The notes under the pieces: model-generated
The model's input: only the letters and a program-made list of their open reading frames with translations
Database searches by the model: none
Told to the model about the DNA's origin: nothing
Translations under genes and position numbers: made by a program
Shown here: in pieces, positions 34,302-48,800 of the stretch
Layout: every line of letters begins with the position of its first letter
How positions within the stretch are numbered: the first letter of the stretch is position 1
Assembly: GCA_043228905.1 (NCBI GenBank)
Contig: JBHGNT010000011.1
Span: 14,942,001-15,006,000 of the forward strand
Source: Azolla caroliniana
Lineage: Eukaryota > Plantae > Polypodiophyta
Reading direction: 5' to 3'
DNA: 64,000 bases

Positions 34302-35491
34302 GAGGCCAATACTCTCCCATCATTCTTAGTTTGTGTAATAACTTGACACAATGGATTATTAATCCAGTTTGATGTGTGGCATGGAATGTTTCAAATGCAT
34401 GTACATCTCCTCTGTATATCCATGATCCCATGTAGGCTGCTATGTAATGTTCATTGTAGAATGATGAAAGCAAGGCGAATTTGTCGGGTTTCTAACATTA
34501 TAAAACTTCTGTAAGTTTAAGAGCATTGATGTGCACATTTGATGGTATGTCTGTGCTAGTAGGCCCGAAGAAGAACCAGGAAGTTCCTCATTCTCAATAT
34601 TATGGAAACGTTGAATTGGAAATCTAGGCAAAAGCTCTCTGTATCCAAATGTAGTTAAAACTGCCATGCTTATTTGCACCACTTCATATTATGGTCTTTC
34701 TCAGTCAATTAGAATCATGTTACAAAAGAACTGTCACACTTCTACTTGACCATATGGCCATGCAATGTCCAAGCAACAACTCCATCATGTGAACAATCGA
34801 TAACTAAAGGAGCAAATTGTCATAGTATTGGAGAGGGTGCCTAAAGGCTTGCATCATACATAGGACCCACGCACTCACTTAGCTGCACCTATTTTAACCC
34901 CATACCCTTATTTGTGTTTGTTTGATCGTTGAGTGATTATTTCTCTCTAGGGCCTTTGTCATTGCTAACACATATATTCGAGAGTGGTGATGAGCATAAG
35001 CATACATGGATTGTCTTTTCTGAGAGTTACAAACAGTTGCACCATTGCAAATGACATGTCCATGGTTGTAGGGGCCATCGTAACTACTAAGCACGAGCCT
35101 AGTAATGAGACAGAAGGGGAATTTTGCAAGATGTAGTTGTGGCTCGCAATGTAGTAGGTATGGTATGGTTGGCGAAGAATGGTGTCATGACCGGCTTACT
35201 TTCCATGTTAACTTCCCGGCAAGAACCGATCGGGTGATCCTGGAGATACATGCATGTGTGAGAGAAGGTTCCAAATGGTATGAAACCACTATGACACCTT
35301 AGTAAGATGAAAATAAAGTGTTAGCGAGATTTGAGTACTAAGGATGCCTTTGAAAGTTTTAGTAATAAGAATTAGCATGCATTGCTTCCACCGCTTAATT
35401 GCTCTGGTAGTGTGTCCATGCATAATATCACATCCAAGTGGAAACAATAAGAACAGGGGAGGGAAAAGAAACAGGGGAAGATCAAATCACC

Positions 35492-36460
35492 ATGGCTGCT
35501 GCCCCTCCTCCCAATCAGAAGCATGCCAAGGCTAAATTTGTGAATTGTCCAATCCTTCTCTTCTTCTTGTCAATCACAATCTCCCCATTTGCATCCCATC
35601 ATGGATGCCTTGCCCAGAGCAGCAGCCTCAACCAGTCAGATTTCACAGCCCTGCTGCAAGACCTGCGGACCAACGGATTCCTCACGGCCGTCGCCATCCT
35701 CTCGTTCGTGCCCCGCGCGTCCATCACGCCCCCCGTGACACTTCTCGTCCCGACCGACGAAGCCCTAGGGAACATCTCCAATTCCGACCTCGCCCCGGGA
35801 GCCTACTCCCTCCTCCTACCTTATCATGAGCTCCACGGCAGCCTGAGCTCCCGGCAGCTCGGCCTCCTCCCCATCGGCACCTGGATCCCAACTTTCTTGC
35901 CCCAGAACGGTGTCCAGGTCACTTCCAACGGTGGTGCCGGAGGTCTCGCCCTCGACTATGTGGGCATCATCAATCCCGACATATGCCCAACCGGCAGCCC
36001 GGCCGTGTCTTGCCACGGTATGGCCGGACTCCTGCTCCCGACTTCCCCTGTGAGCCAATTTCCTACCGGATCCCCGGTGGCCCCCGCCCCCACCCCCGCT
36101 CCCACTCCCTCCAGTCCTAGTCCTAGTCCTAGTCCGAGTCCGAGTCTGGGAGTTTCTTCTCCATTGGCACCTCCTGGGCCTGGTGCGGCGCCTTTGGTAC
36201 CCCCGGCCGGATCAGCTGCCTCCTCCCCATCACCCGGTGTGGCCGCCGCCTCCTCCTCACCCCCGCCTCCGCCTTCTCCTACGGAGGCCCCATCTCCACC
36301 CCCGCCCCCGGGTTTGCCCGCCTCATCCACTTCCACCTCGCCCGCGAATTTACCCAGTGCCGCCACCCCTCTCTTGCATCACGAGCCGTGCCACATCTTC
36401 TTCGCTACTACTTTTGTAGCAATTTCTGTCGTCTTCGTCATCGTATCTCTATTGCCTTAG
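35492..36460 (+). CDS. FLA: Fasciclin-like arabinogalactan protein (signal peptide, FAS1 domain, Pro/Ser/Ala-rich region, GPI-type hydrophobic tail)
   Basis: H1 motif VTLLVPTDEAL, YH, H2 motif CHGMAGLL. AP/SP/TP repeats. Hydrophobic N- and C-termini. First ATG at 35492. Confidence 0.88.
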   Translation: MAAAPPPNQKHAKAKFVNCPILLFFLSITISPFASHHGCLAQSSSLNQSDFTALLQDLRTNGFLTAVAILSFVPRASITPPVTLLVPTDEALGNISNSDLAPGAYSLLLPYHELHGSLSSRQLGLLPIGTWIPTFLPQNGVQVTSNGGAGGLALDYVGIINPDICPTGSPAVSCHGMAGLLLPTSPVSQFPTGSPVAPAPTPAPTPSSPSPSPSPSPSLGVSSPLAPPGPGAAPLVPPAGSAASSPSPGVAAASSSPPPPPSPTEAPSPPPPPGLPASSTSTSPANLPSAATPLLHHEPCHIFFATTFVAISVVFVIVSLLP

Positions 36461-38454
36461 AATTATAGCTAGAAGAACACAATGCAAAAGCTCTTAAAAG
36501 TGGTTCTTTGGTGTTGGTGATTGTAGTACATTTACATTTGAAGGGATTTTTGAGTGCATATACAAAAGAATACTAGAAATGGGGTCTCACAAAAGCACAC
36601 CAAAAAAAAAAAAACAAAGGATGTAGTGGATTTTGTGTACATAAGATGGTAGAGAGAAGCACACAAACCAAACAAAATTACAAAAGATTTTCAGTTGTAT
36701 TTTTCCTTCATTCAAGGTCACTTCCTTTTGACCCAAATGAACATAAACTTTGGGGCTATACCTTGGTATGAACCCCCAAGGCATTGCATGAGAGCATGCA
36801 AAATAAATCTTGGGCATGTCATCAAAAATGTAAAAAACCTATGAAGACCAAGGCTCGATTCTCTTGATGAGCATAAGAGTGTAGTCTTTATGTTGCCACG
36901 ACAAGAGATCATCGAGTCGTGACAACGTTGAGACAGATAATTGCCATGCAAAGTCTATTTATAGTGCAATGATGATCATACATCCTTTTTATCATTAAAT
37001 AAATAATGTAAGATCAATGGAGTCGTCAAGGTTTCCCTTCAATAAGATTACATATCCCATTTATCTACTAAAACCCTCTTCAATCACAAGATTATCCCAT
37101 TTTATCTACTTGTGAGTGATAGTATCAATGAAAGGTCAACCTTCTTTCTCTACTTCCTTTTTCGGGTAACATTCCAATTGGGAATTCCAAAGATTATGTC
37201 AAGTAACCTTTCAATCATAACTTCTGGTTATAGTGGCTTGTAGATACAATTGCATTGTGAGCATCATGATGAGTTTCTTCCTAGTGCACTTGTGTGGGTT
37301 GGGGTGAAAAGCTTTGTTGGTGTATTGTCTCTTTTAGCTTTGGATGGATGTTTTTTGGATTAGTTGTAATATTTAGTTGACATGCTACACGTTGCATGCA
37401 AATACATTCATGGACACATGAGATCACTTATAAAAATGCATGCATTGGATTTGTGATGCTTGTCAATTGCTTATTGAATGAAAGATTTATAAGATTGCAT
37501 TAGTAAGCCATGTCTATTTGCTAAATTGGAGAAGCATAATACTAGGGGATGTGTTTACCTAAAAAATGTAGGTAGTATGTATAAATCAATATATATTGCA
37601 CATTTTCTAATTCAACATTCCTTCTCTAATATGTACAAGCATGGTTCTTTTTAATAAATTTTGACATTAATATATAGTGCACATTTTCTATTACAAGAGT
37701 CCTTCTCTGTTATGTACAAGTATGGTTGGTTGTAATAATTGTGACATCAATATATATTGCAGATTTTCTAGTATAGTTCTTCCCGAATATATAATCGCAC
37801 ATTACAATCTTGTATTGAATACAAACCGCTTTAGTACATGATTTTTCACTCAAAACATGGGACAGAATTAAGGATATGAAGCCAAAGAGCTCGACCAATA
37901 TCTAATTCCAAAAGAGATTGGAAGAAATATACCAACATAGATGGGATGCATGTCATGTACTTCCATACCACACCATTCCAACATATTTGGAATTAATGTA
38001 CCACATCCACAACATGCAACCCTACCTAGATAGCATATATATGATCCATAAAAATGTACACATACATAATGTAAACTAGGACGCTAATGACCTTTCCTTA
38101 CTATATCTAGCATACATAAATTATCAAAACATTTTGGTATGAATTAATACATTGGCATTAATAGTTTGTTCACAAATAATAATATGTTGAAACTTGTTAG
38201 ATATAGCAAATAAGGATTCAATCTATTTGGGATTATGCCTATAAAGATTGTGATTTTTTTTGTAATGAATCACACTCCTTCATTATCAGGAGTCCACTAA
38301 TGGAATGGAACATGAGGGAGCTTAAAAGCCTCCACCATGGCTACCGCAAAGATTATATGGAGTGCCAAAGGAATCAGAGCATATATAACCATCACCAACA
38401 ATAGTGTTATTTTGATAGATAAATCCAAGTTTGTGTTATTTTATACCCTTAAAA

Positions 38455-38456
<2 letters not shown>

Positions 38457-38488
<32 letters not shown>
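38457..38488. repeat. (AT)n microsatellite
   Basis: Direct reading. Confidence 0.95.
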
Positions 38489-38493
<5 letters not shown>

Positions 38494-40948
38494 TACGATA
38501 ATTAAAAAAAGACAAGGATGCGAAATTGTGTCCTTACGTCAATATGGGAAATGGATGCTTAACATTAAATCACACAAGCAAACCTCTGTCATATGGTGGG
38601 ATCCAAGACATCTAGAAATGGTTTGGAAGATAGCATGTTAAAGAAAGTAAAGTAAAATAAAGGGGCGAGAAAACATGAGTCAATGTTTCATTGCGCCACA
38701 TTAATAATCCTCCATATAAAATGGAAAAACATCCTAGAATATATGTAAGTTTGAATATTAATGCAAACTCTATTTTCACATATGTAACCGGCGAGAGGAG
38801 AGCTACTTAAACTTATTGCATCAAAAGTTTGTCTCTGTGTACTCATCAAACCTAATTAACATATAGAGGGGAATTTCATCAAAATACGGTGAGATGCGAA
38901 AAAACCCAAAGGAACATGGTATTAACTCTTGGGAAAAGTGTTCCAAATTGATGGGCTTGGAACATGTTTATTAGAAAAACTTTATCCATCACAAATATGA
39001 GGTGGTGTGTTTAGATGTGGAATTTATATTGATGAGTAAACAGTTCACCTTGAATCATGTACCATACAAAGCGGGTCCGAATAAAATCCATCATCTCAAA
39101 CACATTTTTGGGAGTGTTGGCAAGGCCTTGAGGTGTGACATGCATAGTGTTTAAGTTGATGAATAAATAAGTGACTTTGGACTAGATATTAGAGTGTTCT
39201 AAAGTGATCCAAACACTATCTCATTTTCAAAGGACAACACATAATCCTAGAATAGTTCATCATTGCAAAAGCATTGGGTTATTATTGGTGGGAGATGTCA
39301 ATGTGTGGCTACATGAACAACAACATTGACATGGCAAGTCATTGTCATGACCCAAGATCTTAAGGGACAACAAATCGATGTAGAACCACAAAATGACATC
39401 AATGTGGCAAGTTCACATTTATCAAGAGACACATGGATGTGGAACTACTCGATGTGGAATCAACATCATGGCCAAGACTCCAAGACTAGCACCTAGACAT
39501 GGGACCACATAGGTAAGACAATCATATAGCTTGAACAACTAATATGGTGTTATAATCAAGGTGGGTATTTGACGATATTTGTACTTGATGCCCATGTGGG
39601 TCCAACACACCTCATGTGAATGCTGAAAAGGAAATTTTTCCCATCTATCTCAAGTTGGAAGGTTTGCCTTCCCTCACTTATATCACTCTAATGGAGATCT
39701 CACCTTGATACATAAGAGGCACCCAAATTTACTTTGGATATCCTCATATCATTCGAGTACTTCATATCACTTTCAAGTACAATGAAGTACTATATATTCC
39801 TACAGCACATGTATTTTCTTACACATGAAGATCTAAACCAAATACAAATAAACATAATCTTGCACATCATGTAAACCAATATCAAGTAATATATATTGGT
39901 TTTTGCCAAGAAAAAGAGATACTAGGCAGAACAATGTCCTACTGTTTTGCTAAGAAAAACAATGTCTGCATATTGACTACTTGTATGTTTTTTAATTGGA
40001 ACTCTAAATGCTATAGCATTCCTCCATATACTACATACTCATATTAAATGAAATTCACAAGGTCATACTCCAAGCATGAATCATTTTTCCTAGTCTGTTT
40101 ATTATTGAGGATTATGTTAATATGAACTGTTAGAAAACATACATTAACTTGAACAAGCAAATATTTTGATTAGAAGAAAATTAGGTTTTCTGAGAATGTT
40201 TCCATCAATGTGTCCTGACTCTCAAGGGAAGCAAACATGAAGAAAAATGCCAACGGACTACAAACTGTGTACAGGACCTCACTGAAAAGGAGGCACAATC
40301 TACCAAGTTGCCAATTGAGATTAAAAACGTCTGAGCAATTTCGTGCATTTGAACGGGGTCATATTGCTTACTGGCAGAAATCTTAGCATTGCATTCCCCA
40401 AAGGTTTGACTATAACTATAAGGTAATGTTAAGAACACAAAACATAATATAACAATCTATATATCTGGTTACAAAATGAAAATGGTATGAAATCCATATA
40501 TCATATTATACTATTTTTGGATTTCCAGAACTAGGCGAGACACAATTTAGTCAAGGTTTTTTTTATTTCATTTGTTCCCATTCTATGATTATCTTTCAAC
40601 CCTCTTGAGGTTCTTCCTGTTGCAATATTCCTTTGTGAACATTGCCAATAATCTTACTTGTACAATAACACAACTACAGCCCAAGTAAGAGACAGCTTGA
40701 AAAAAAGCAAGGAGAAGGGGAATTCAAAAAACTTTCTCTAATGAAAAAGACACTCGTGGTGCATGTATTTGATCTCAGAAAGATCTTTAATACTTGCACT
40801 GTTATAACCCAAACAACTCAAATCCATGGCACCAAAGGATAGTAAACATCTGCACTAAGTATATATGGTAGTTGCATCATTGAAGCCGGAGACGACTTGT
40901 GAGTACACATCCATAAATTGTTTTCAAAACAATCCCTTCAACACCATT

Positions 40949-43479
40949 TTATGCATCTCCTTCACCTCTCTGAGAGAATTGAGAGCCCGATGACAGCCAC
41001 TTTGTTCCATGGCTCTTTACAAGGACCCACCTCAAAATCGCATTTTCCTTGTTCAAATACTGGAGATCTTCATGAAGTTTTGGATGTGCCATCACTGACA
41101 TCTGCATCATTTGACCCTGCACATTAACAAAGAGAAAGACTTAATCCACCCTAAAATGAAAGTGCCGCTTGAGCCAAATCTGAACCTCTATCATCATGTC
41201 TAATGCCCGTAACACAATGCTTATGGTATCTATAATGATCTAAGAACCTAGGTTATTTGTCTTATCATAATCTGACAACCTAGACAACCCTGCTTAGCAC
41301 CAATGATGCTAGCAGAAACCTCAGCTACATACCTCCCAAGACACTATGAATTGGCCTGTTGTATAATGCATATATGACCTGTGAATATGATAGATGAAAT
41401 TAGTAAATGCTTCCATAAAAAAGTCATCCAATTGTGGGCGAATCTCTTCCTAAGCACTGGTGTATGCTGTGTATTGACCCATCATCATCTCCTCTATTCC
41501 CTCTGGTGTGTCCACCCTGCTTTCTTGTTGACAAGTGTGATGCCAATGTGAACAGCCTTCTAGTGTTGATAATAAGATTGCAGGGTGATATAGTCAACAC
41601 AGATCAAAGTTGTTATACACATTTTGAAAGAGATCTAGTTGAGGACTATGGTTCAATTGATATAGTCAACACAGATCAAAGTTATTATAAACATTTTGAA
41701 AGAGATCTAGTTGAGGACTATGGTTATGACTGTATGGTACCATAACAGGGATGACAATGCACACAAGAAATAAAGATAAAATAGACAGAAGAGAAATGAG
41801 CCTGTAAGAGGGTGAGAAGCCTCATAAGTGGAAAGAGAAACACATAGGTAAACTTTGGAGACTTTGAAGTTAATATTTTTAACAAAGAGGCGGACACCTA
41901 TGTCATAAGTGAAATATGGTAAACTCCTGATTGGATCCCCATGAGTTCATGTCGTAGCTAACACCATTTTAAGATCTTTATCATTCTCACTTTCATCCTA
42001 GCTTTATATGGACACAAATATTCATACTTATTCTGGACAAGGTATCACTGCCAAGGATTCTAGATCCGTAGTTACCTGAGGTAGTTAATAACCTACATAA
42101 ATTCACCTTCTTTTTCAACATAGAATGGCAATAAAGAATCAGCGCTTAGCAGAAGAAAGAAGAATCATCAAGTTTTTTATTCTGCGCCAAAAGGGAGTTT
42201 GCGTGGTCATAGTTTTACACCGATGCTGCTGAGTGTTGCAATTTTGCATTTTCTGTAAGGAGTGACATCAATGCTGCTGATGACAAGAGCATTAAGGTAT
42301 TGATGCAACAGTGTGTGTACTGTTGTTAACGTAATTGCAACAATAGGGAGTTGGCAGTCTCAGAAGAGAACAAGAAGGTCTGTTCTTGAATCCACTTTGA
42401 ATGACAACAAACTGGAAAGGAGAAGCAAGGATTGCTCAACAGACAAGTGATCACAATGAAAAGGAGATTTTTTGCCTTTTCTAGTCACAAAAACCAGAAA
42501 TATCCAAGTTGCAAGTCAGTTTGCAGCACAACCACTAATCAGCCACAAAATGAGCTAAATATGTGTGCATATGGCTTAATATCTAGCATATAATCTCACT
42601 CTAAAAGGTATGTCATTCAAACTAGATCTAAGGGCCCTATGCAAATAAAAAAATTTAAGCGCTTAATATTCAAAATAGCCTTTCTTTCTCATCTAAATAT
42701 GCAAAAGGAAATATGCCACAGGTTCACATGGTATTCTATCTGATCATTATCCTGGTCATTAGCAGGACGTAAAAAATATACAAGTTTTCCTGAATATCAA
42801 AACCTGTTTCTCAAGTCCATTCACACATCAGGAATCTTGAGAATTAGCCAGAATCATTAAGGTAAAGTAGTCACCGTAGAGGTTGTGCATCTAGGGGTTC
42901 AGCAATTCCATTGTGTTTGGGAAACTTGAGAAACCTATTTCTTCTACTTTAAATTTGCATTCTTTCCTTCATAAACTAAGTTGTTCTATCCATGAATATA
43001 TTTCTCCTGTTTCCTATCATATAGCAGACTGTGATCCATGTAATACAAAAACACGCATGTAGGAGGAGCAAATGTGTGTGCAAGAGGATGCTTTTAGCAA
43101 CAATAGCCTTCTGAAACGTATTCATGCAATCAGCTGTTCTCGCTCTCGCAATACATCTCAATTGGACCCGAACAACGTTTAGATTTTCACTGACACAATC
43201 AGTTGTGTTGCGAAGACACGTGAATAACAAGTGATTTAACTTATCTCAAAGCAAAACAAACAACATTACAGGAGAGAGAGAGAGAGAGAGAGAGACCTGA
43301 CTGAATCGTTCGCTAAGCTTCTTGATGGAGTAGGCGAGGTGTATGGTCCCAAATGACTTGATATCAGTAATCACACCATCATGGGCGCAGACGAGACGAC
43401 CTAACCTGTTCATCACATTCACCACGCTGCCCCTGTCGACAGTGGGCTTCAGCAGCAGCACACAATCATACAGTGGCAT
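40949..43479 (-). CDS. RPS6: Mitochondrial ribosomal protein S6 (bS6m), 2 exons, 116 aa
   Basis: Exons 43479-43297 and 41116-40949 with GT-AG sites. MPLYDCVLLLKP...DIKSFGTIHLAYSIKKL...|GQMMQMSVMA...LQYLNKENAILRWVLVK matches recalled plant mitochondrial S6. Confidence 0.92.
41587..41725 (+). repeat. About 71-bp tandem duplication in the RPS6 intron
   Basis: TGATATAGTCAACACAGATCAAAGTT...GAGGACTATGGTT, 2 copies. Confidence 0.85.
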
Positions 43480-43833
43480 CCTTCTCCTTCTCCTTCTCCT
43501 TCTCCTCCTTCTCCAGCTCCTCCTCAACCCAAACCCTATACAGAAGCAAAATACTCTGTCTCTGTGTGTGTGTTTCTATGCATGTATGCACATATGTATG
43601 TATGTATGTGTATATCTCTACGCATGTGAATGTACATACATATATACATATGTCACATGTGTAATGTATATGTGTATATGTTATGGGTGGGAATGCATGT
43701 ATAATGTGTGTCTCTATGTTTTTCTATGTATGTATGTTTCCACGTACGTATGTATGTATGTATGTATGTACGTAATATATGTGCTTATGTATGTATGCAT
43801 GCATGTGCATGTACTCTATCTCCACATGTCCGA

Positions 43834-44700
43834 CGTGTCTATTTGCACCTAAATCATTAATAGGCCTAATGAGGGAATCGTGGTCACGGACGATGCACGA
43901 CGCTTGGCTAAGGGCATACGCGATCTGCACCAGTAGCCTCAACTCTGACACCATTCAATCTTTATACAAAAAAATGGCGCCATTTATAAAGATGCCACCA
44001 GTAGCCTCGACTCTGACACCCTCAACCCACCCCATTGTATGTGAGTCACCCGACTTCCCTCTCCTCAATTGCCTAACACTACCTAAGTCAACCAACTTCA
44101 TGATATTCAATCGGCCAACTCACATTTAGTCGGCCGACCATACCCTGAGCTACTTCGCTTAAGTCCTTCAAATTTCCATCCAAACTTTACTATGTGTGTG
44201 TGCCTACAACTAGAAACTTGTGATGTGAAAAATAAACACATTTAATAATTAAGGTGTTGAACTCAATAGCACTATTCGCACCGCTTAAATGTAAATGAAG
44301 TGTAAATTGACTACACACCCTCACATCAAATGTCAAAACCCTAAAAAAGAAAGAAGTGGAAGAACAAGAAAACCTAAAAGACCCCAAATTTGACCAATAA
44401 GCAAAATGAAACTTCTCACTAAGGAATAAAGATTGAACTTTGCACCTATTGAACCTTCTTCACACAAGGCCATTCACTTCTAGTATTATTTCAATTTATA
44501 ACTTCCTTACTTGTAACTTGCTAGCCTCTAAGACTATCAAGCACCTGATTTCAATCAAGTGACTGGTCACGTGACTACCTTTGAGTCAACAACCAAAAAT
44601 AAGATTTTTTACCGGCGCATTTGTTCGGATAAAGATAGGATTGTACATGGCCACAATTCCCTTGCCAAACCTCTTTATGATTTGGGTGCAAATAGACACG
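43834..44700. mobile_element. Non-autonomous TIR DNA transposon (about 60-bp imperfect TIRs)
   Basis: CGTGTCTATTTGCACCTAAATCAT...GGGAATCGTGGTCA at 43834 is the reverse complement of 44640-44700. TSD not resolved. Confidence 0.7.
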
Positions 44701-45897
44701 AGCTCATAGGTCACTTTATCATGAACTTGGTAACCATATTTATTCCTTTTTCATTTATTTTTCTAAATTTGATTATGGATAACATATTTAAGGGTTCACG
44801 CCACTTACGAGGTTCTCTTGTACTAGAATCATTGTTTCAGCAATCATGTGTTTCACATTTAGAAGCTTGGGAATCCCCACTTGGTTCAATGATTAGTGCA
44901 CTACATTGGATCCATGTACACTACACTATCTTTGAGTTTCTTGGCTACTAATTTCATGAATCACTCAACATTGTTTCGTTCATCAGTCATGTGTCTTACA
45001 TTAAGAAACATGGGAATCTCCAGTTTGTAATTATTAGTGTGATCAATTGAGTCAATGCATCCACATCTGCATTCCTTAATAGTCATGCATGCACAAGCAA
45101 GTGGAACAGTAAGCCAAACATCATTCGAACACATTCAAGGTTATACAAAGGTAATGACAGAATATAATATAATAAAATTCACAGAAGCTAACAAATTTGG
45201 ATTCATAATTGTTATTAGCTGGCAGAGTAGAATAGAGAATCATTTACCAAAAAGAGTGCCTGTGAGATGCAATTAACTACAAACACTAGAGTTCATGCCA
45301 CAAACAAAAATAGCTTGAAAATACTAGTGCAAAACATCATTCTGATGAGAGCTTTTACCTCACATATATGATGGTCAGAGCTATAAATGAAACTGAGCTT
45401 GATTCATACAACTCTCATCTTGGATATCATATAATCCTTTTGCTTTTATGGCACACAATTACTAATTCGAGGCTACAATTAAATTTAAATCTCAATCGAA
45501 CATGTAATGAGAAATTATACAAATTTCAACAAACTTCAAAAATCAGAATAATTGACTAGTTAGTGCCCTCATTACCCATCATCATACATCATTTTAGTTA
45601 AGGTTTACTGCAAAACCTTTGAAAATCCAACCAGTTCCTCAACTTGTTCCATGAGCCCAGTCTTGAGATGAACTATTCCCAGAGAATAACCATTACAAGG
45701 AGGCTCTCATATGACATAGCGCTAATGCCTCGAAAATTATTCCATCAAGAAAATCAGGACTCAAAAAGCCTGAAAATTTGCAATTATTAAGAATGAATCC
45801 TATTTAAGCATTCCATGTCCATTGACAACAATCTCTCCAACACAGATACTGCCAGATTATTACATCACCAGCAAGTCATGATGATTTCTTACTCAAA

Positions 45898-48800
45898 TCA
45901 ATGCTTAAATGCACCAGATACTCCTTCATACCGAGGAACATGGGTAACTGAACACATGGAGCAGAGTATTAGAATTCCTCGCTTTTTAACTCTCCCACTC
46001 ATTTAATTTTATATGAAATTTGTACCAAATGGTTATAAGTTGCAAACATGGATGGACTTAGAAAATGGTCAACAAACTCATAAAACTATTGAATAAAAAG
46101 GCTTTTTACCACTAAACCTTGGGCTTAGCTTGTGAATGACTAGACGGCGCCTGGATTAATATATGAAATGACTTTTTTTTCATATTACAAAAGCATTACA
46201 CATTGATTTCAAGAAACAAGAATCTTTAAGGCAGGACTAATTGGGATATTAACCAAAGAAGAAATAGTACAAAGTTGAGTGTAAAACTAAGGCATGGAAA
46301 CCTGCAGACAAAAATAACTTCTAGCTGCTATTTAATTTTGGTGACGGTAAGATTAAAAGCAGGAATAACTGCTTGAAATATGAACTGATCAGTGCATCTT
46401 TAAATTCCCAGGCAGAAAGAGATAAGCCTGATTATACTAATTTTTTGCTCGACTTGGCAATGAGACTAAAACTCAATTGGCTTAGAGTGCATCAACTTAG
46501 TGATGAGATTTGGCTATGACTACATTGATTAGTGATGAGAAGATGATTCATTTAGGTGGGATTGTCAAACAATTGGGATGCAATGAATGGGATTATGATG
46601 AGATTAGATGGGTTTGCTACGACATTCCAAGCCAGTTTCATGCTTTAGTGACTCTAATTATAGGATGAGATTCTAGCTCTGACAAGACGGGATTATGACC
46701 CAGCCCACTTTTGACTAAGAAATGTGTAGAGATAGGACCACATTCATAGTGTGGACACAAACTCAAATATGCTCAAATGTAAAGAATTGTAATAGAGTGT
46801 GAAATTCAGACTCATGGATTTGTTCAAGGCAAAGTTGAGTCTCACATTGAAAAGCATCTCAGTTAAACTGAACGGAAGCAATGGTACAGATAGCGAACGA
46901 AGGGATGGGCTATCCTCTATGGGTGAGTGCAGTTTTCCCATTAGGAGAAGAAGATGGTTTTGAGCACTGGTGCAATATATGTAGTGTAATGTGTGAAGCT
47001 TGAGCCTCCAGATGTTTCCCATGCTGTGGTACTCTAGTGTTTCAACGAGAGAGAGGAGACCCATAATCAATCTACTCAACTAACTATGAGGATTCTATAT
47101 ATTTACAGAATATTTTTATTTCTGTATCAAGGAACAAGAAAAGAAGTAGTTTTCATGGAAGGAGGAAAGATTTCTTCAGCATCTCGTGTTGGTCCCAGTG
47201 CAGGGAGTTAGAGGAGAAAAATTTTATTTAGAAGCAGCCATGCAGAAATATCTTTAATGACAATTTGCATAAGACCATCGGCAGGAAAGATGGTGATAAA
47301 AGAAACTTATAATTCTAGTAAGACTGACAAAATGATGGCACAAGACAGCAAGAGAAACTGGGGAGAACCCTCGAAATGGTTCAATGAAAGAACATTTCAA
47401 GCATATGTGCCGAAAAAATGCTGAACTAACATTCTTGCTTTCATCAATGCAAACTGGACATTTCGCAAGGGTGCAAAAAAAGGATAATACATTCACAGGG
47501 TAGGAAGTGCAGCAGGTCATGCAGAAGTGGGAAAAGGATGAGGATATACATATACTTATAAGGTACCCAGAACATGGATGCTTTGTAGAATGTTGCAAAC
47601 CTCAACAAAACACATCATGGTGAACATGTATGCATTCACTAGACAAATTGATGAGAAAACAAGCATCTATTATAATCTAGAAACTGATTCATACCATCAC
47701 CCCATGAAGCCATTGTTACTGGTGTTGCTAGAATTTTTGCTGCAATCTCATGTATATCATCTACAGTTATGCTTTTGACCTGATCAACAAAGCTTTGAAC
47801 AGATTTCCTGAACAAAGAGAATTATATCCAAACTGTCAGAGATGGTATATTTCTATACGAAAAACTAAAATCCTCGTACCTAAAGTATTTCATAACATAA
47901 TAAAGCTTTTACCTATGCCCATATGTTAAGATTTGACGTCCAATATCTTCTGTAACAACCACCTGCATATGGAATCACATTAGAACCTTCAGAATGGTTT
48001 ACCTGCAACACAACAACCTAAAACATCCGGCTTACCCGAGATTCCAAGTTCATCAGAATTGATGATATTGTTGAGTTTTTAGCTCTAAGCAGCTCTGTTT
48101 TGTTTACTGTCAAATGAGCAATTATGCAAATTCAGTCTATATGCAAATTCAGATATCCTACTTGAAACTCCAAAATGTTCTCCTATCATATAAATAAAGA
48201 TTAATCTACATGTCTTTACAGTGAAGAAAGTGCAATTATAGCGATAAAGTTGTCATGATAGTATTTGAAAATGAAACAATTATTTATTGCCACATGAACC
48301 TTCGTAAGCAGTCTATAATTTAAACGAAAAAATGAAGCAAAGCAACAAATAGAGCTTTTAGAGAATCAAAAGTGCTCATTAGAAGTCAACAACAGTTCGG
48401 CTCAAGCCTGAACCGAGCCATTAAACCATTTTCAAACGGTTTGGCGGTTTGGTTCAGCTCGATTCAGGCTTGACCTTGAATAACCAGTTTGAGCTCAGTT
48501 CAAATCAGCCTGACCGCTACTTAAAACCAGCTCAAACTAATTAAGCCATTTATAGATTTTTCAACTGATAGAGAGAGAAATAAAGATATAACTTCGTTTA
48601 AGAGAGAGAAAGAAATAAAGATATAATAACTTTTAAGAGACAGAGAGAGAGATACGGGTGTCCCTACATCATCCCAAAAACTGAAGGATAGAGAGAAATA
48701 AAGGTGCCACATCCCCACTCTCGCAAATTGAGAGAGGGGTAGAGAAGGGAGGGAAGAAAGCAAAAACTGAACAAAAAGAATCAGCAACCGGTTTCCGGTT

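Noticed and set aside
38800-39300. Possible LINE ORF1 remnant (also 24900-25500 and 63300-63900)
   Set aside because: Only vague motif resemblance; too decayed to call without a search.
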